DNA of 64,000 nucleotides from Batkoa obscura (Eukaryota): NCBI GenBank assembly GCA_030770535.1, contig JASVEC010000011.1, positions 620,001 to 684,000 of the forward strand, read 5' to 3'. Shown piece by piece: positions 50,909 to 63,789 of this stretch (position 1 is its first letter; each line of letters starts with the position of its first letter). The notes under the pieces were generated by a model. It saw only the letters and a program-made list of their open reading frames with translations, ran no database searches and was not told where the DNA came from. The position numbers and the translations under genes were made by a program.

Positions 50909-53270
50909 ACACACAACCACAGCTGCACTTATTTTATCCTCATACTTTTATCATCAATGTGAATTCAAAGATTAGAGTATGCTTAAAGTACATTTTCTAA
51001 CTTTCATATATATTTTGTCTCTCCTTTTGTTTTTAGTCATTTACAAAGCCTTTTAAAATATTTTAATATTCTATGTAATGAATTCAAAAGGTTTTTTTGA
51101 AACTTTGGAAAATCTAAAAAAGTGTAAGTATTTTGTATAGACCATAAAAAATTAAATATGACATTAATGTTTTTAAAAACTACGAGATATTGGTATTAGT
51201 AGATGTGTAAAAGTATATCAATCGATTTATATTTTTGTCCTTAGATCCTCATTCCTTATTAAGTAGTAGATTGCAAAATAAGTCCATGTTGCTTTTAGAG
51301 TGGAAAATAAAAACATTTACCAAAGGATACTGTTCTCTTTTTTGATAGCATAGTATTGTTTGGCTAAGCATAATGATATGAGAGCTTTAGCAATCTGCTT
51401 GAGAATTCTTTATTATACCTGATGAAAAACTAATTAATGTTTTTTAATATAATTGAGCTATTTTTCATACAAAATTTTTTAGTATGTTAGGAATATATTG
51501 AAAATAACTACTTACGAAAATTAAAATTCATCTATTGTTTTTAATGTAGATAACATGATTATATCACAATCTTTCTTTCAATAAAGCCATACATTGGTTT
51601 TATAAAGTAGCCTTATTCAAGTGATTGATGAAAGATTATATGTGAACGTTAAACATATAAATTTATAGTCAAGGAAATCAAATTTATTTCGGGCTATAAT
51701 CAACACAATCGATGATTAAATTTTTAAATGCTGAAAGTCACGTTAAAGTAAAGCATAGCTCAACCTGGAAAATAAAAATAGAAGGTTTATCCTTGCCTTT
51801 CAATATGGTTTTGTGAGAATTTTACTATATTTTCTTGCTAAGTATTACCCTTAGCCATATCTTGATACGATTCACTATGTGAGTGTATAATTTTTTCTAT
51901 TTACTTTTGAAAAGAGCGATATTTTATGGATTAACCTACCCACTATAAAGCGAACGTTTTCATATGTAATGAGAATTGCGGATGCCTTTTAAAGAACCTT
52001 GAGCTATATATTAAAATTTACTCTAACATATGTCATCTTGTATTTACTACATGTATTTAAATATATATTATCCATATTAATAAACCTAAATTGTTTATCC
52101 GATTTTATTTTTTATTGTTCTCCAATTTCAAATTAGATTATATATTCTGATTATAAAAAAATAAAAAAATTTGCGAATAGCTCATAAGTTGTATCAACCT
52201 AAATTAGTAACTAATATAGGCTTCTTGGTAAATCAAATCATTAAGTGGAAATAAACAACTAGGTTAGTTAAGATTAATAATTTGTATAAAACTTGATATT
52301 ATAAATAGCGAAAAGCGTGATGATATAATATAATAAAATAAAAATCAATCGTTTTCATTTATACTTTAAATACTGGTTAAACAATAATGTTGTTAATAAT
52401 AAAAATTCAGATTTGATTTTAAAATATACTATGTATGTTTTAAAAAAGTGCTATTTTAAATATTATTATAGTTTTTTCAAGTAGCAAAGTTTGTTGTTAA
52501 GCTTATATTTATATGAGGCCTTTTAATTAAGAAATATGGTTATTTTATTTCTAAGCTATTTTAGTCTATGTTAATAATGTAATCAATAAAAATCAATTAG
52601 CGACATTTTAGCTATTCGAAATATTATCAACTATATCCGCATTAATATATTATTCTAGTACTATGTGTTATTTATAGTTAAACTATAGTACCATAAAATA
52701 TCCTCATCTAATCAGATATTACAATTAAACTATTGTTACAAGGTAAAGGAATATAATTAGTTATCTACAATTAGTTAAGGGAGCAGTGTTATAGGGCTAG
52801 AACTAAAATTAGAATAGTGTTAAATATAATATTAATTTAAAATAGAATTTTAACTTTGTTATTTTTTAGAAAATAGTCTACATTAGTATTATATTAGAGT
52901 TAGCAGTGCTTGAAATAAAAGAAATGTTAAAATAGATAAAATAATATTAGTAATAGCTTAAATAGCTAAAAAAACCATTTTTATTATGTTAAGCTATCAG
53001 ATGAGATATTATTGGAAATTGCACAAAAAAGAAAATTCTTTTGGTGTAACAAAGGTTTTAATACTAATTTAGGATATTTAAATTATTTTTAAATAACTCA
53101 AAGAAACATTTATCTGAGAATAAAAAATAATTTATGTATAACTCAGCGTTGTCTAGTAAATAGTTAGCATCGAATACATTCGTGTTAATTATAATAATAA
53201 ATACCTCATTGCTATTGAGATAGTATAAATACAAACAAAAATAACTCATATTAATTATAACATTTAAAAT

Positions 53271-54983
53271 ATGAAGTGTTTTATTAGTTTATTGCTCGCA
53301 TCTGTTATTAATTCTGCCACTTTAAACTTCGATTGGGAAGTAAAGGAAGGCAGAATTGCACCTGATAACTTTGCTTTTGAAGGTATATTATTCAATGGTC
53401 AATATCCTGCTCCTACTATCAATGCTACTGCTGGTGATACTATTGTTGTAAAAGTACGTAATAGACTTAACAAAGATTTCTCTATTCATTGGCATGGGAT
53501 GGTTCAAAAAGGTACTGTTGGTTCTGATGGTGTACCATATGTTAGTTCTTCTCCTATTAAGCCAGGTGAAGACTTTTTATACAATTTCCATGTAAACGAT
53601 CAAACTGGTACTTGGTGGTATCATGCTCATACTGGATTAGATGCTGAACATGCCTATGGGGCATTAATTGTTCAAGATAAAAAAAGTGTTTGGAGTGATA
53701 TAGTAAAGTTCGATCCAAGATATCGTTATGATGAAGATAGAGTAGTAATGTTATCTGAAATATGGCACAAACCAAGTGATGAAATGCTTAAAGGACTTTT
53801 AGAGTTACCATTTAGATTCGTTGGTGGTGCTGATAGTATCTTAACAAATGGTATGACTTATAAAGTATGGGATACTAAAGGTGCTGATAATTCTACTGTA
53901 CCATTCAATAAAGGGTTTAATGTTATTGATGTAAAACCAAATAAGAGATATAGATTACGTTTAATTGGTGCCAATGGACTTTCATTCCTTACCTTTCGTA
54001 TTCCAGGACATAAGTTTACTTTGATTGAAGCTGATGGTACTATTATTGAACCAATCGAAGTTGATAGAGTTGAAATAGGGCCTGGACAAAGGTATTCTGT
54101 AATCATGGAAACAAATCAACCTATTTCTAATTACTATACTTACACTCAAGTCAGTGGTGGATCTGCTAATCCTAACAATGGTATTGCTATTCTTCATTAT
54201 GAAGGTGCTGAAAATCCAGACACTTTAAAAAGAACTCCAGCTACTCCACCAACACCTACTGGACCATTCAATCGTTGGGTAGAATCACAATTAGCTACAA
54301 GTAAATGGTACAATAAGGGACTTAACTCTCACTTTTATCCAGTCCCTAAAAAAGTTACCAACGAAATTGTATTAAACATTATTTCCGCTACTCACGAAGG
54401 TCATCCAATCTTTACTATCAATGATGTTGTTTCAAAGCCAAGAAACTCAACTGTATGGGATGATGTTATTGCTGGACGTCATAAAGCTACCCCAGGTGTT
54501 TATGAAATTACTGAAGGGGAAGTTGTACAACTTGTTCTTCAACATTATATGCCTGCTGGAAGAACTTGTGCTTCTCACCCATGGCATTTACATGGACATT
54601 CTTTCTTTGTTGTAGGGCAAGGTGCAGGTGTATATAATCCAGAGGTTGATGGAAAGGCTATTGATGCTAAATTAAGTACCTCTAATAAAATTCCAATCTA
54701 CCGTGATACATTCATTCAATATGCTAATAATGTTAAAGAATCAGCTAGATCCGCTACTAATCAATTATCAGATACATTAGGTGTTAGAGTTAACAATGAA
54801 AACTCTAATGAAAATCTTTTTAGCTTTGGGAACTCCCGTGTTGCTGTTGATGATGTTCCATGTGGATGGTATGCTATTCGTTTCAATGCTGACAACCCAG
54901 GCTCGTGGTTTATGCATTGTCATATTACTGCCCATTTAGTTATGGGTAAACAGCTTGTTATCAATGAAAATTTTAAAAAATAA
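53271..54983 (+). CDS. Secreted multicopper oxidase (ascorbate oxidase/laccase-like, AA1)
   Basis: Signal peptide, intronless. Copper motifs HWHG, WYHAH, HPWHLHGH and HCHITAH. Confidence 0.95.
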   Translation: MKCFISLLLASVINSATLNFDWEVKEGRIAPDNFAFEGILFNGQYPAPTINATAGDTIVVKVRNRLNKDFSIHWHGMVQKGTVGSDGVPYVSSSPIKPGEDFLYNFHVNDQTGTWWYHAHTGLDAEHAYGALIVQDKKSVWSDIVKFDPRYRYDEDRVVMLSEIWHKPSDEMLKGLLELPFRFVGGADSILTNGMTYKVWDTKGADNSTVPFNKGFNVIDVKPNKRYRLRLIGANGLSFLTFRIPGHKFTLIEADGTIIEPIEVDRVEIGPGQRYSVIMETNQPISNYYTYTQVSGGSANPNNGIAILHYEGAENPDTLKRTPATPPTPTGPFNRWVESQLATSKWYNKGLNSHFYPVPKKVTNEIVLNIISATHEGHPIFTINDVVSKPRNSTVWDDVIAGRHKATPGVYEITEGEVVQLVLQHYMPAGRTCASHPWHLHGHSFFVVGQGAGVYNPEVDGKAIDAKLSTSNKIPIYRDTFIQYANNVKESARSATNQLSDTLGVRVNNENSNENLFSFGNSRVAVDDVPCGWYAIRFNADNPGSWFMHCHITAHLVMGKQLVINENFKK

Positions 54984-55274
54984 TTACCTTAATATTACCG
55001 TTGTTTGTTAGAATAAACTTGTATGCTACTGATTTACTTTCATTATAATATTTTAGTTTGCGAGATTATGTGGTTTATACAATTACTGTCATTTTATATT
55101 GTAACTAAAACTAAAACTAAAACTAAAGCTAGAAAATAGAAAATAGAAAACACATTAATTATAAAAAATAATTTGCTTAGCGTATCTTATAGTAAATTGC
55201 AGTATTCGTTTAGTTAAAAAATATTTAAATGATATGTTAGTCTAAAAAAATAATCGCATACAATAATTTATTTT

Positions 55275-55793
55275 TTAAGTGTACCTGACATTGCAAGCAG
55301 CACTCTTGAAAATTTGACAGAGATAGCCATTACCAGACTTGCTAATTTTAAAAGTATTGGCTGGGCAAGTAAATTGGACAGAACTAGAACCTTGTACTCC
55401 GCTAATCTTATTAATGAAAAGAGTAGAAGTACCATCTCCATTATCAAAGTATTTAATGTCTGGAGAAAATATAGTATAATAATTATCGACATCTCCATAG
55501 AATTGGTTAGGTCCGTTCCAACCAGCCAAACCACTATAATATGGACTACCATTGTAGTAGCCTCCATCACCATAGGAGCCTTGACTGCGGTCCCCAAATA
55601 AAAATCTACATACCGACTTTAAGACATTAGCGATCAAGAAAAAGGTTTTTCCTTCAACGTTGCTTTTTGGGGCATTACTCAAGGTTGGAATTACAGCTTC
55701 ACCTGCTGGTGGAATACTGGGAGCGGCTTGGTTTGCAGCACTGGCATAACCCAAAGCTACTAAAGCTAAAAGAAAGATAGAAGTGAATTTCAT
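55275..55793 (-). CDS. Small secreted protein, 172 aa, 4 Cys, unknown family
   Basis: MKFTSIFLLALVALGYASA signal peptide, GC-richer codon use, upstream TATATAAG (minus strand, ~55880). Confidence 0.8.
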   Translation of the reverse strand: MKFTSIFLLALVALGYASAANQAAPSIPPAGEAVIPTLSNAPKSNVEGKTFFLIANVLKSVCRFLFGDRSQGSYGDGGYYNGSPYYSGLAGWNGPNQFYGDVDNYYTIFSPDIKYFDNGDGTSTLFINKISGVQGSSSVQFTCPANTFKISKSGNGYLCQIFKSAACNVRYT

Positions 55794-55836
55794 TGTTTGT
55801 ATGTTTGTATGTTTGTGTGTTTGTATGTTTGTATGT
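55794..55836 (-). repeat. (ACAAACAT)n octamer repeat directly 5' of the secreted-protein ATG
   Basis: TGTTTGTA repeated ~5 times on the + strand. Confidence 0.85.
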
Positions 55837-57299
55837 TTTGAATGTTTTTTTTGATAATTTTTTGTTTGCTGTTTTTCTGCTTATATACTTTTTTGAATTC
55901 TATAATCTTTCATTGCTAGAAGTAAAACTTTAAAAACAACCTTAATTGTGACATAAATTTTTATTATCATAGCAAAATAGTCACTTATAAAATAAGGCTT
56001 ATCAACTATAAAAAAGCCCTAACTTTCTTTAATACTTTTGGGAATTTTTGGCTTTAAAATAGGACATTTCTAGGCTTTATCAAATTGTCATAATATTTAT
56101 TTGGCATTTACAAATTGAAAATTAAATTATAATGTTATTTTATACAAATAAATATTTTAAATATCATCATATTGTTTTAAAACAATTTAAGATAAAATTG
56201 CCATGAAATAGCATATTTAGATGCTGCATCTTATCATCAGCTACTTGTTTCTATTCTTTTTATCATATATAGCTTAAAATTTAGTTTTAAAAGTGTATGT
56301 AAGTTATTATTTACAATAGTAAAAAGCGAAACGTAGAGATCAAAGCATCTTTATTTGCATCTTTATTACAATAACTCTATACTGAATATCTATTATAATT
56401 TATTTTAAAAACAAATTTACTAATATTAAGTATGCTTGTATTATAAAAAACTATCATTATAAAGATGAAAAGATAATTTAAAAATAAATTTAAGGCTGAT
56501 AAAATACAATGTTTTAAATCAAAATAATACTTTTAAAAGAATCATAGCTATTTAATCATACTTTTTATGGCTATAAATGTTTTATTTTACAAACTAAGCT
56601 CTCTTATTATACTTTTTATTTTTAGTTGCATATAATAACCGGATAATGGTAAATATAGTATATATGACTTCTTTATTAAGTAACTTATAAAGATCAAAAT
56701 ACATAAATCTATCAAAAATAACATATTACATTATATTATACGAATAGTAGTCTAAAATATTCTAAACTATTCAAATAGTAGTTATAAGCAAGAATCTAGT
56801 AAGAATTATTAAAGAAAATGGTTAAGTAAGATCTGGATAATCTTAATTTGTGTCTTCAATACAGTAGTTTACCCATTTTTAACCAACAATAAGTTTTAAA
56901 AAATTTAGTTAAATACGAAAGGAAGAGAGACACTGTCACATACTCCAATATGCTTTTCGAGATATTATGCCAATTTTTGAAAATCAGATATAAGTTAATT
57001 TAAACCCAAGGTTCAACATTTCTCCGATGTTAAACTACAAAAAAAGGTAATTTAAGCACAGATAGTAAAAAACAAAGCGCTTACTTTCTTGTGTTGAATA
57101 AGTTGAGTAAATTTCTAACTTCAAGCTACTTGGTAAAAAAATAACCAAATGAAAATAGACTCTTTTTTTTTGGAGTTTTCCTTTCCTGTTATATACTTAA
57201 TATTAGCTACTTTGTCTTTTAGAAGTAAAACACTTGATAGTTTCGACTCTTTCAAGGTTTGTAAACAAGGATTTTTGTCTTTATTTTAATTTTTTGTTT

Positions 57300-57500
57300 G
57301 TTTTGTAATTTTTCTAAATTCCAAGCCTAAATCAAAATGAACAAAATATTGGTTACAACTTTAAATTACAAATGAGACTATACATTTTATTTTTCATTTT
57401 AATTTTTTTGTCTAAGTAAATAACTTGGAACTGTTGACATCTAACTGTACTCTGAATAACCTATTTTCAATACAACTCCTAGATACATTTTTTAGGAAAG
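57300..57500 (-). pseudogene. Decayed fragment resembling LINE ORF1 (gag-like zinc-knuckle region)
   Basis: RLFRVQLDVNSSKL, then after a frameshift ...KL*PIFCSF*FRLG, recalling the RVRVxIDI...PxFCxxCxRLGH pattern. Confidence 0.3.
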
Positions 57501-58962
57501 TCACCAAAACCAGTATAAATGACCTTTTCTATAGTCCTATTTCTTTTTGGTACCTCTAAATATGTCGTTAACTTTCCTTGTTTTCAAGTCCACTTGTGAT
57601 CATTTTAGGTATCATTATCTTGACAAATATTTGAGTATAAACACATATGTTTCATGTTACAGAATTTATTTGCCCTTTTATAGATAAACAAATTTACAAA
57701 ATTTGCAATAGTTGCTGTATAAAGTAACATTAACTTTAGCCCAAGTGCTGGGATTAAAATTGCTATAAACTCATGTTAAATTCCCGTTAGGCTATACAAA
57801 ATGGGTTAGAGAGAGTTAAGCTCTTTCGTAAATGCTTTATATCTTTTATACTAGTACTAAAGCGTTTAATAGGCAAATAAATTAAATGTTTACAATTAAA
57901 GATTATAATGCTGAACGAAAGTTGGCATTAAAATATTGTTGAAATAAATAGTAGTAATAAAGTGAATAAAATAAAGATTATCAAAATTTTACAGGTATGT
58001 TTCATATAAAGAAGATATTGAAAATTAACTAACAAAGTCTGTATTAGATATTAAAAACATGACCAGCTATAATCTATATGAGCTTAGTACATCTTCTCAA
58101 GGATTTTAAAAAGTTATTATAAATATTGAGGCAACTTTAAAATTCTGTTGAAACTTATTATAGTTTATAAATTAGAACAGCAAATTCTAAATAATCCAAA
58201 TTTCCGCATTTGAATACAAAGATTTATTAAACTAAACTCTTTATATTACAAATTTTAAAGGATGCATTAAATGTTATTCAAAGTTTGATGATTACAAATT
58301 AATGATTTTGATTATCTGTTATGATTTTTGTAAAATGTTATGCATCATTAAAATTTTTAAAAATATAAATCTTCTAACAGTAAATGAAAGTCAGATAAGT
58401 ATTAACGGGGGATTAATTTTACAGTGATCTAAGCTTACATTAATTGAAAAGTCAAGTCTTGTTAGAAATTAGTAGTAGTAGTGACATGCTATCATTATAA
58501 ATGTGCCGATATTAGTGCTATTTATATAATACGATAATGATAGTATCTATGTCCTATTTCTGTCTTTAAAATAGACAGTCGGTATAATATCTTATGATTT
58601 ATTTTAGTTTAGCTTAAAGGAAAGGGTGTGATAGGATAGTAAAAAAGAAATTTAATAGTAGATACTCAAGTTTATTAAAAGTAGTTTAATACGAATCATA
58701 CTCTAACTTAATTTAGGTGATGAGAAACTGACAAAAAAGTTAAAAGAAGAGTGAATAAAATTCACCAATAATATAAAAGGAAAAGGAAATCTTCAATGGT
58801 AAAAGTACATAAGAAAAAACGAGGAACATCTTTAATAATAAAATTAAAAAAATTTTATTTATACTGTTTTTAATGTATTTTTTCAATTGATTATTATTCT
58901 TTATAATATAAATAATAATAATATCTAACCTTAGTTTATTTTAGTTTGAATTAATTAATTGA

Positions 58963-60425
58963 ATGTTAATATCTCAGGTAATATATTTCTAATTTAAAAT
59001 AGAATGCTTATGCTTTTAGGTTTTGAAATTTGGTTTTAAAAATAAGAACAGGAATGAGGATAATAGCAGCGATAATAATAGTAGTGAGGTAGTTACCAGC
59101 ATCTCAAGCCATGACCGCAGTAGCAGTGAAGTGCCTTTAACTAATGAAAAAAACAAAAACAAATTGTTCAATCGTAAGCGTGCCTCTTTACCAGTTAAAT
59201 TGGAAATAATAAGGGTCGATAATACTGAGTGTAGTAATACAGGTGATAACAACAACATAAATATAAATAATACAAATCTCAAAGCTTTATGGAGAGAACA
59301 ATTTACTGGAGAAGAGTTGGCATCTTTATTACTAACACCGCGTGAAATCGAAAGACAAGAGATAATAAATGAAATAGTTTATACAGAAAAAGATTACATC
59401 AGTGATTTATTAATATTGAAAGTATTGTATATGGATAAGTTAAAGGAGTCAAATATAATAGACGATAAGGCATATAATCATTTATTTTTAAATTTGAATT
59501 CAATAATAAAGTTGCACCAAAATTTATTTAAAGAATTAAAACAAAGAAAGGATCAGCAGCAGCCAATCATCAAAGAGGTTTGCGATATTTTCATAAAGTG
59601 GACCAATGAGCTTAAAATATACTCTAACTATTTGGCGAATCAAACACAAGCGAATGAGACCTACATTAAATTGGTGCAAAGTAATAAGAAATTTAATTTA
59701 TTTATACAACAACAAAGTTCATTACCACAAAGTAAAGGACAAAACTTGAAAAGCTACTTATTAAAGCCATTTCAGAGGATATCCAAGTACCCTCTATTAA
59801 TTAAAAATCTACTACAAGTATCTTCTTCAGGAACTATTGACTTTTTAAATGGGATAAGATGTAAGCATGCCATTGAGGGTTTAATTTTAAAGATATCGGA
59901 AGAAAAGTTTCAAATTGAATACAAGACAACATTGAAAGGATGGAAAGAAAACATTAGTAACTTAGTAAAGTTCAAGTTAACTGATCCGAGAAGGAAATAT
60001 TTAATAGATGACAAATTAATACTAACAACTAAAAATAAGGTGAAAAACAAAATAATAACAAATAAAATTAGCTATTATTTCGTTTTATTTAATGACCTTT
60101 TAGTTTACTTACCTGAGCAATATCGCTTTGGACTATCTAAATTTCAAATTTTATCTTCTTATCATTCTTCCGTTATTTTGTGTAAAGTGCTAGATATCCA
60201 TGATATTACTAAAGATGACGAAGAAGGGGAAGAAAAAGGTAATCATAGCTAATAGCTATTTAACACATATATATTAATATATTTTTAGGGGATGCAAATA
60301 GTTTTAAATTAATAACGATTGGTGCTGAAATTAAATCCTTAATCGTTGAAGCTGAAACTAAAGAAGTGAAATCAAAATGGATGGAGCAGCTTAGATTGTC
60401 AATACCAACTCATTCTGGTTTTTAA
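58963..60425 (+). CDS. Rho guanine nucleotide exchange factor (DH-PH), 3 exons
   Basis: REIERQEIINEIVYTEKDYISDL, SYLLKPFQRISKYPLLIKNL, PH domain (VLFNDLLV...EAETKEVKSKWMEQL). Introns at 58978-59019 and ~60239-60288. Confidence 0.9.
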
Positions 60426-60609
60426 TTATCCCTTATTTTTTCTCCTTTTGTTTAAATTAATAAATAAGTTTTAATTTTTAATTTTTAGCTGATTGGATTA
60501 AAGTGAACTTTTTATCATTCTATTTTAACGTCATCATTCACTAATTGATATAAATAAAAAGAAAATTAAAATCTAATAAGCTTTTTTATTTTTTTAACGC
60601 TCAACAAAG

Positions 60610-61267
60610 ATGAAACTATTTAAAAATAACATATTATTGGTATTGTTATTATCTATAAAATACTATTTAGTAGTATCAAGGATGATCTTGGAGTTACCCA
60701 GCGGTAAATTGGATTGCTTCTACAAAGATGTTACAGAAATACATACTAAACTCAATGTATATTTTGCTGTAAGATTATATTTATTTTATTTGTAGTTATT
60801 AATACGCTATAAACTAGTCATATCAAGGTGGTGATTTCACAGTAAACTTAGCAATAAACGACCCTGGTCAAAATCGAATTGTTAATGCAGAGTTAATAAA
60901 GCAAGGAGATTATTCATTTACAGCTAACAGATTGGGTGAATATTCATTCTGCTTTTATAACCCAGGTTCAGAAGAGAAATTGATAGATTTTGAAATTTTA
61001 GATAGAGCTGATAAGAATATGGTATCCCCATTGGTGTTTGAAGATCCTGGGCATTTAACCAATATGAATAAGCTTTTATTTACATTTCAAGATATATGCT
61101 TCGAAATTATTCGTGCTCAAAAGAATTTTAGAAATCTGGAAGCAAGAAATGAAAGTATTATTCAGCAATTAGCTTCAACCCTTCATTCTTATCAATTTGG
61201 TTTACTTTCTATTGTTTGTGTCATGACTTTGATTCAAATTTTTGCGATTAAATCTTTCTTTAAATAA
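60610..61267 (+). CDS. p24/emp24-gp25L family cargo receptor (GOLD domain), 2 exons
   Basis: Signal peptide, DCFYKD..YFA|..QGGDFTV..DP..GDYSFTA..GEYSFCF, coiled coil, C-terminal TM followed by FF. Confidence 0.9.
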
Positions 61268-61315
61268 AAATTAAAGATTCATTTATAAATTAAATAGTTT
61301 ATTTTATTTTTTACA

Positions 61316-61971
61316 TTATAATTGATCATGGTGCTTTAATAATTCGTTTAAGACAACACCTTGATCATCATATACAAGCACTGAATTTTTCCAACAGTTA
61401 TATTTTATGCCCAATTCATGATTAAACTTCCATTCTTTCAATATTTCAGCTTCATTTCCTTTAAAATTTTTATATAGTTGCAAATTCTGTCTACCTATTA
61501 ATCGACACGCTTTTAATCTTAATTCATTCACTGACTATAAAATAATTAGTAAACTATTTTAGATAGTAACAAAGAGCATACCCAATCTGGTAAATGAGCG
61601 TCTGCTATTAATTTAAAATTACCAATACCAAACTGTTCAATACCTAAAATCAACTTTTTTCTACTTTCTTCAGTCCACGTCTTTAATTTCATTTGCTCCA
61701 TTTGAAGTTGATGTGAACTTTGTAACTCAGACAATTTGGGTAGAAAATAGTTCTGGTTTAATGTACCATCTTCATGGATGATGTTTTGGGTAATTGAGAA
61801 TTCCTTTCGAATACAGAACTTTTTTCTTATTTCTAAAATATACTTTTGCTTTTCAGTAAGTACTTGTTGGGTGTTACTTTTATTAGAGCTAGCACTTTCT
61901 ATGGAAGAATTACCAACGCTATCATTATCATCCTGGAGTTGATCAACAGTTAAAGTATTTCCTTGAGCCAT
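61316..61971 (-). CDS. Myb/SANT-like domain protein, 2 exons
   Basis: WTEESRKKLILGIEQFGIGNFKLIADAHLPDW|SVNELRLKACRLIGRQNL. Confidence 0.8.
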
Positions 61972-62073
61972 TCTTTAATAAAACAAAAGAAAACGATAAA
62001 AAATTATACGAAAGAATAGTGTAAAATATTCAAGTTAGAAATTATGGGATAAGTTAGATTTATTCGTTTGAAA

Positions 62074-62634
62074 TTAAGAATGTATTACAGATAAATAAGA
62101 AAAATGATTTCTCCTAAATGTAATTAAAACTGTGTTAATAGAAGAAATGAAGAACGAGGAAGTAATAAAAAGATGACAAAAATGGAACAAAACAAAATGA
62201 TAGCTATTGGCAATAGTGGGTTGAATGACATTTAGAAGTAAAGATAAAAATAACCATAAAAAGGAAAATAGGACGGTTGTAATTGGTGGATAAAAGAAGG
62301 AAATAACATTGTTATCGTTATTAATAGAATTATTTATATTACTACTATCGCTATTAGAACCCAAATTCAAGTAATTAACTAAACAAAATTTTTGACAATA
62401 ATCATTGTATTCAATAAAAAACCCAGTAATAAAAACAGTCACGAAACACAAACTTAAGCACAAATATTTTATACTAAATTCAATAACATCAACTATTACT
62501 GTATTATTGTTTACTTTCCATGTCTCTATTATTAAATATAAGAACAATAAACCAATTAGCATGGTTGTTTTGCGTATTCCCAAGTTTATATTAAACCCTG
62601 GGTATTGATTTTCCTTGATATGGTATGAATACAT
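62074..62634 (-). CDS. Hypothetical membrane protein (~4 TM)
   Basis: 186-aa ORF with four hydrophobic segments in a gene-dense block. Confidence 0.5.
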   Translation of the reverse strand: MYSYHIKENQYPGFNINLGIRKTTMLIGLLFLYLIIETWKVNNNTVIVDVIEFSIKYLCLSLCFVTVFITGFFIEYNDYCQKFCLVNYLNLGSNSDSSNINNSINNDNNVISFFYPPITTVLFSFLWLFLSLLLNVIQPTIANSYHFVLFHFCHLFITSSFFISSINTVLITFRRNHFSYLSVIHS

Positions 62635-63789
62635 TATTTATAATAATATAATAATAAACAAATAAATGGATTAAGTTAAGAGATAAGTAAGAGCTAAGAG
62701 AGGAAACAAAAGGTGAAAAAAAATCGAAAGTTTAGTTTACTATTTATATAGTACTCTTTTTCTAGAAAAACTTATTCTTAATTCATGTACAATTATTCAT
62801 TAATTTACTCAATTTAATGCCAATTTTATCCTAATCAAGCTCTTTTAACCAATCACTATAATCTGTTAAAAAACTCTATCCCTTTATAGTATACAATAAT
62901 GACTCTTTCCTTTAATCTGATAGAAAGATGATAGTAATAGACTCCTTATTTTTAAAGCATTGTGAAGATGTAGAAAAATATTATTTGTGAAGTTCTTTAA
63001 TTTTAAAGTTACGGAGTAATATACCCATTACTTTTATTGTTAATAAGTATTTTCAATTAGTTACCATGATAAAATGATTTAAATATTAATAAAAATTTAA
63101 ATTAAAGTATCGGGTAAATTATATCACGTTTATTCAATTGTGTTTTATTAATAAATTAGATAAAGTAGAATGAGATATAAAATAAAAAGTTAGTTTAATA
63201 TTATACAGTATATTATAAATTAAAGCTCCACGTTTGTAATAATGTAGTGGTAACAATGATTAATATTGGCTATTTTAATATAAAGCATGAAGAAACTTGA
63301 CTATAATATTTATGCAAAAAACCCACATTATCCAAATGAATAAATAAGATGAACTGAATAGCTTAATAACTTATTGTCCATTTTAATTGGCTATCACTAG
63401 TATTGACACAAATTAGTATAAATTAATTTAAAATACAAATTTTTATTTCAAATTGGTGGAACTTTTGGATATGAGTATTAGACTTTTTTAAGTAAATGGG
63501 TAAATTCAAAAGTTTAGTTGCTATTTGTAATATTTTTATTAATAAATTTAAAATTAAACAAAAAAACACTATAGAACACCTATTCTATTTTTATTATTCG
63601 AAGTATTAAATTTTAAAGTTCTAATTAATTTCTAAATTGAAAAATATGCACCTCATTTTCATACCATTTATGCTTAATTTACTACTTTTGAAATAAGCTA
63701 AAACTGGAAATAAGATGAACCTTGGGATTTAAATTGATCAAATAAATAACAATAAGACCAAATATAAATATTCTATATAATCTATAAGT

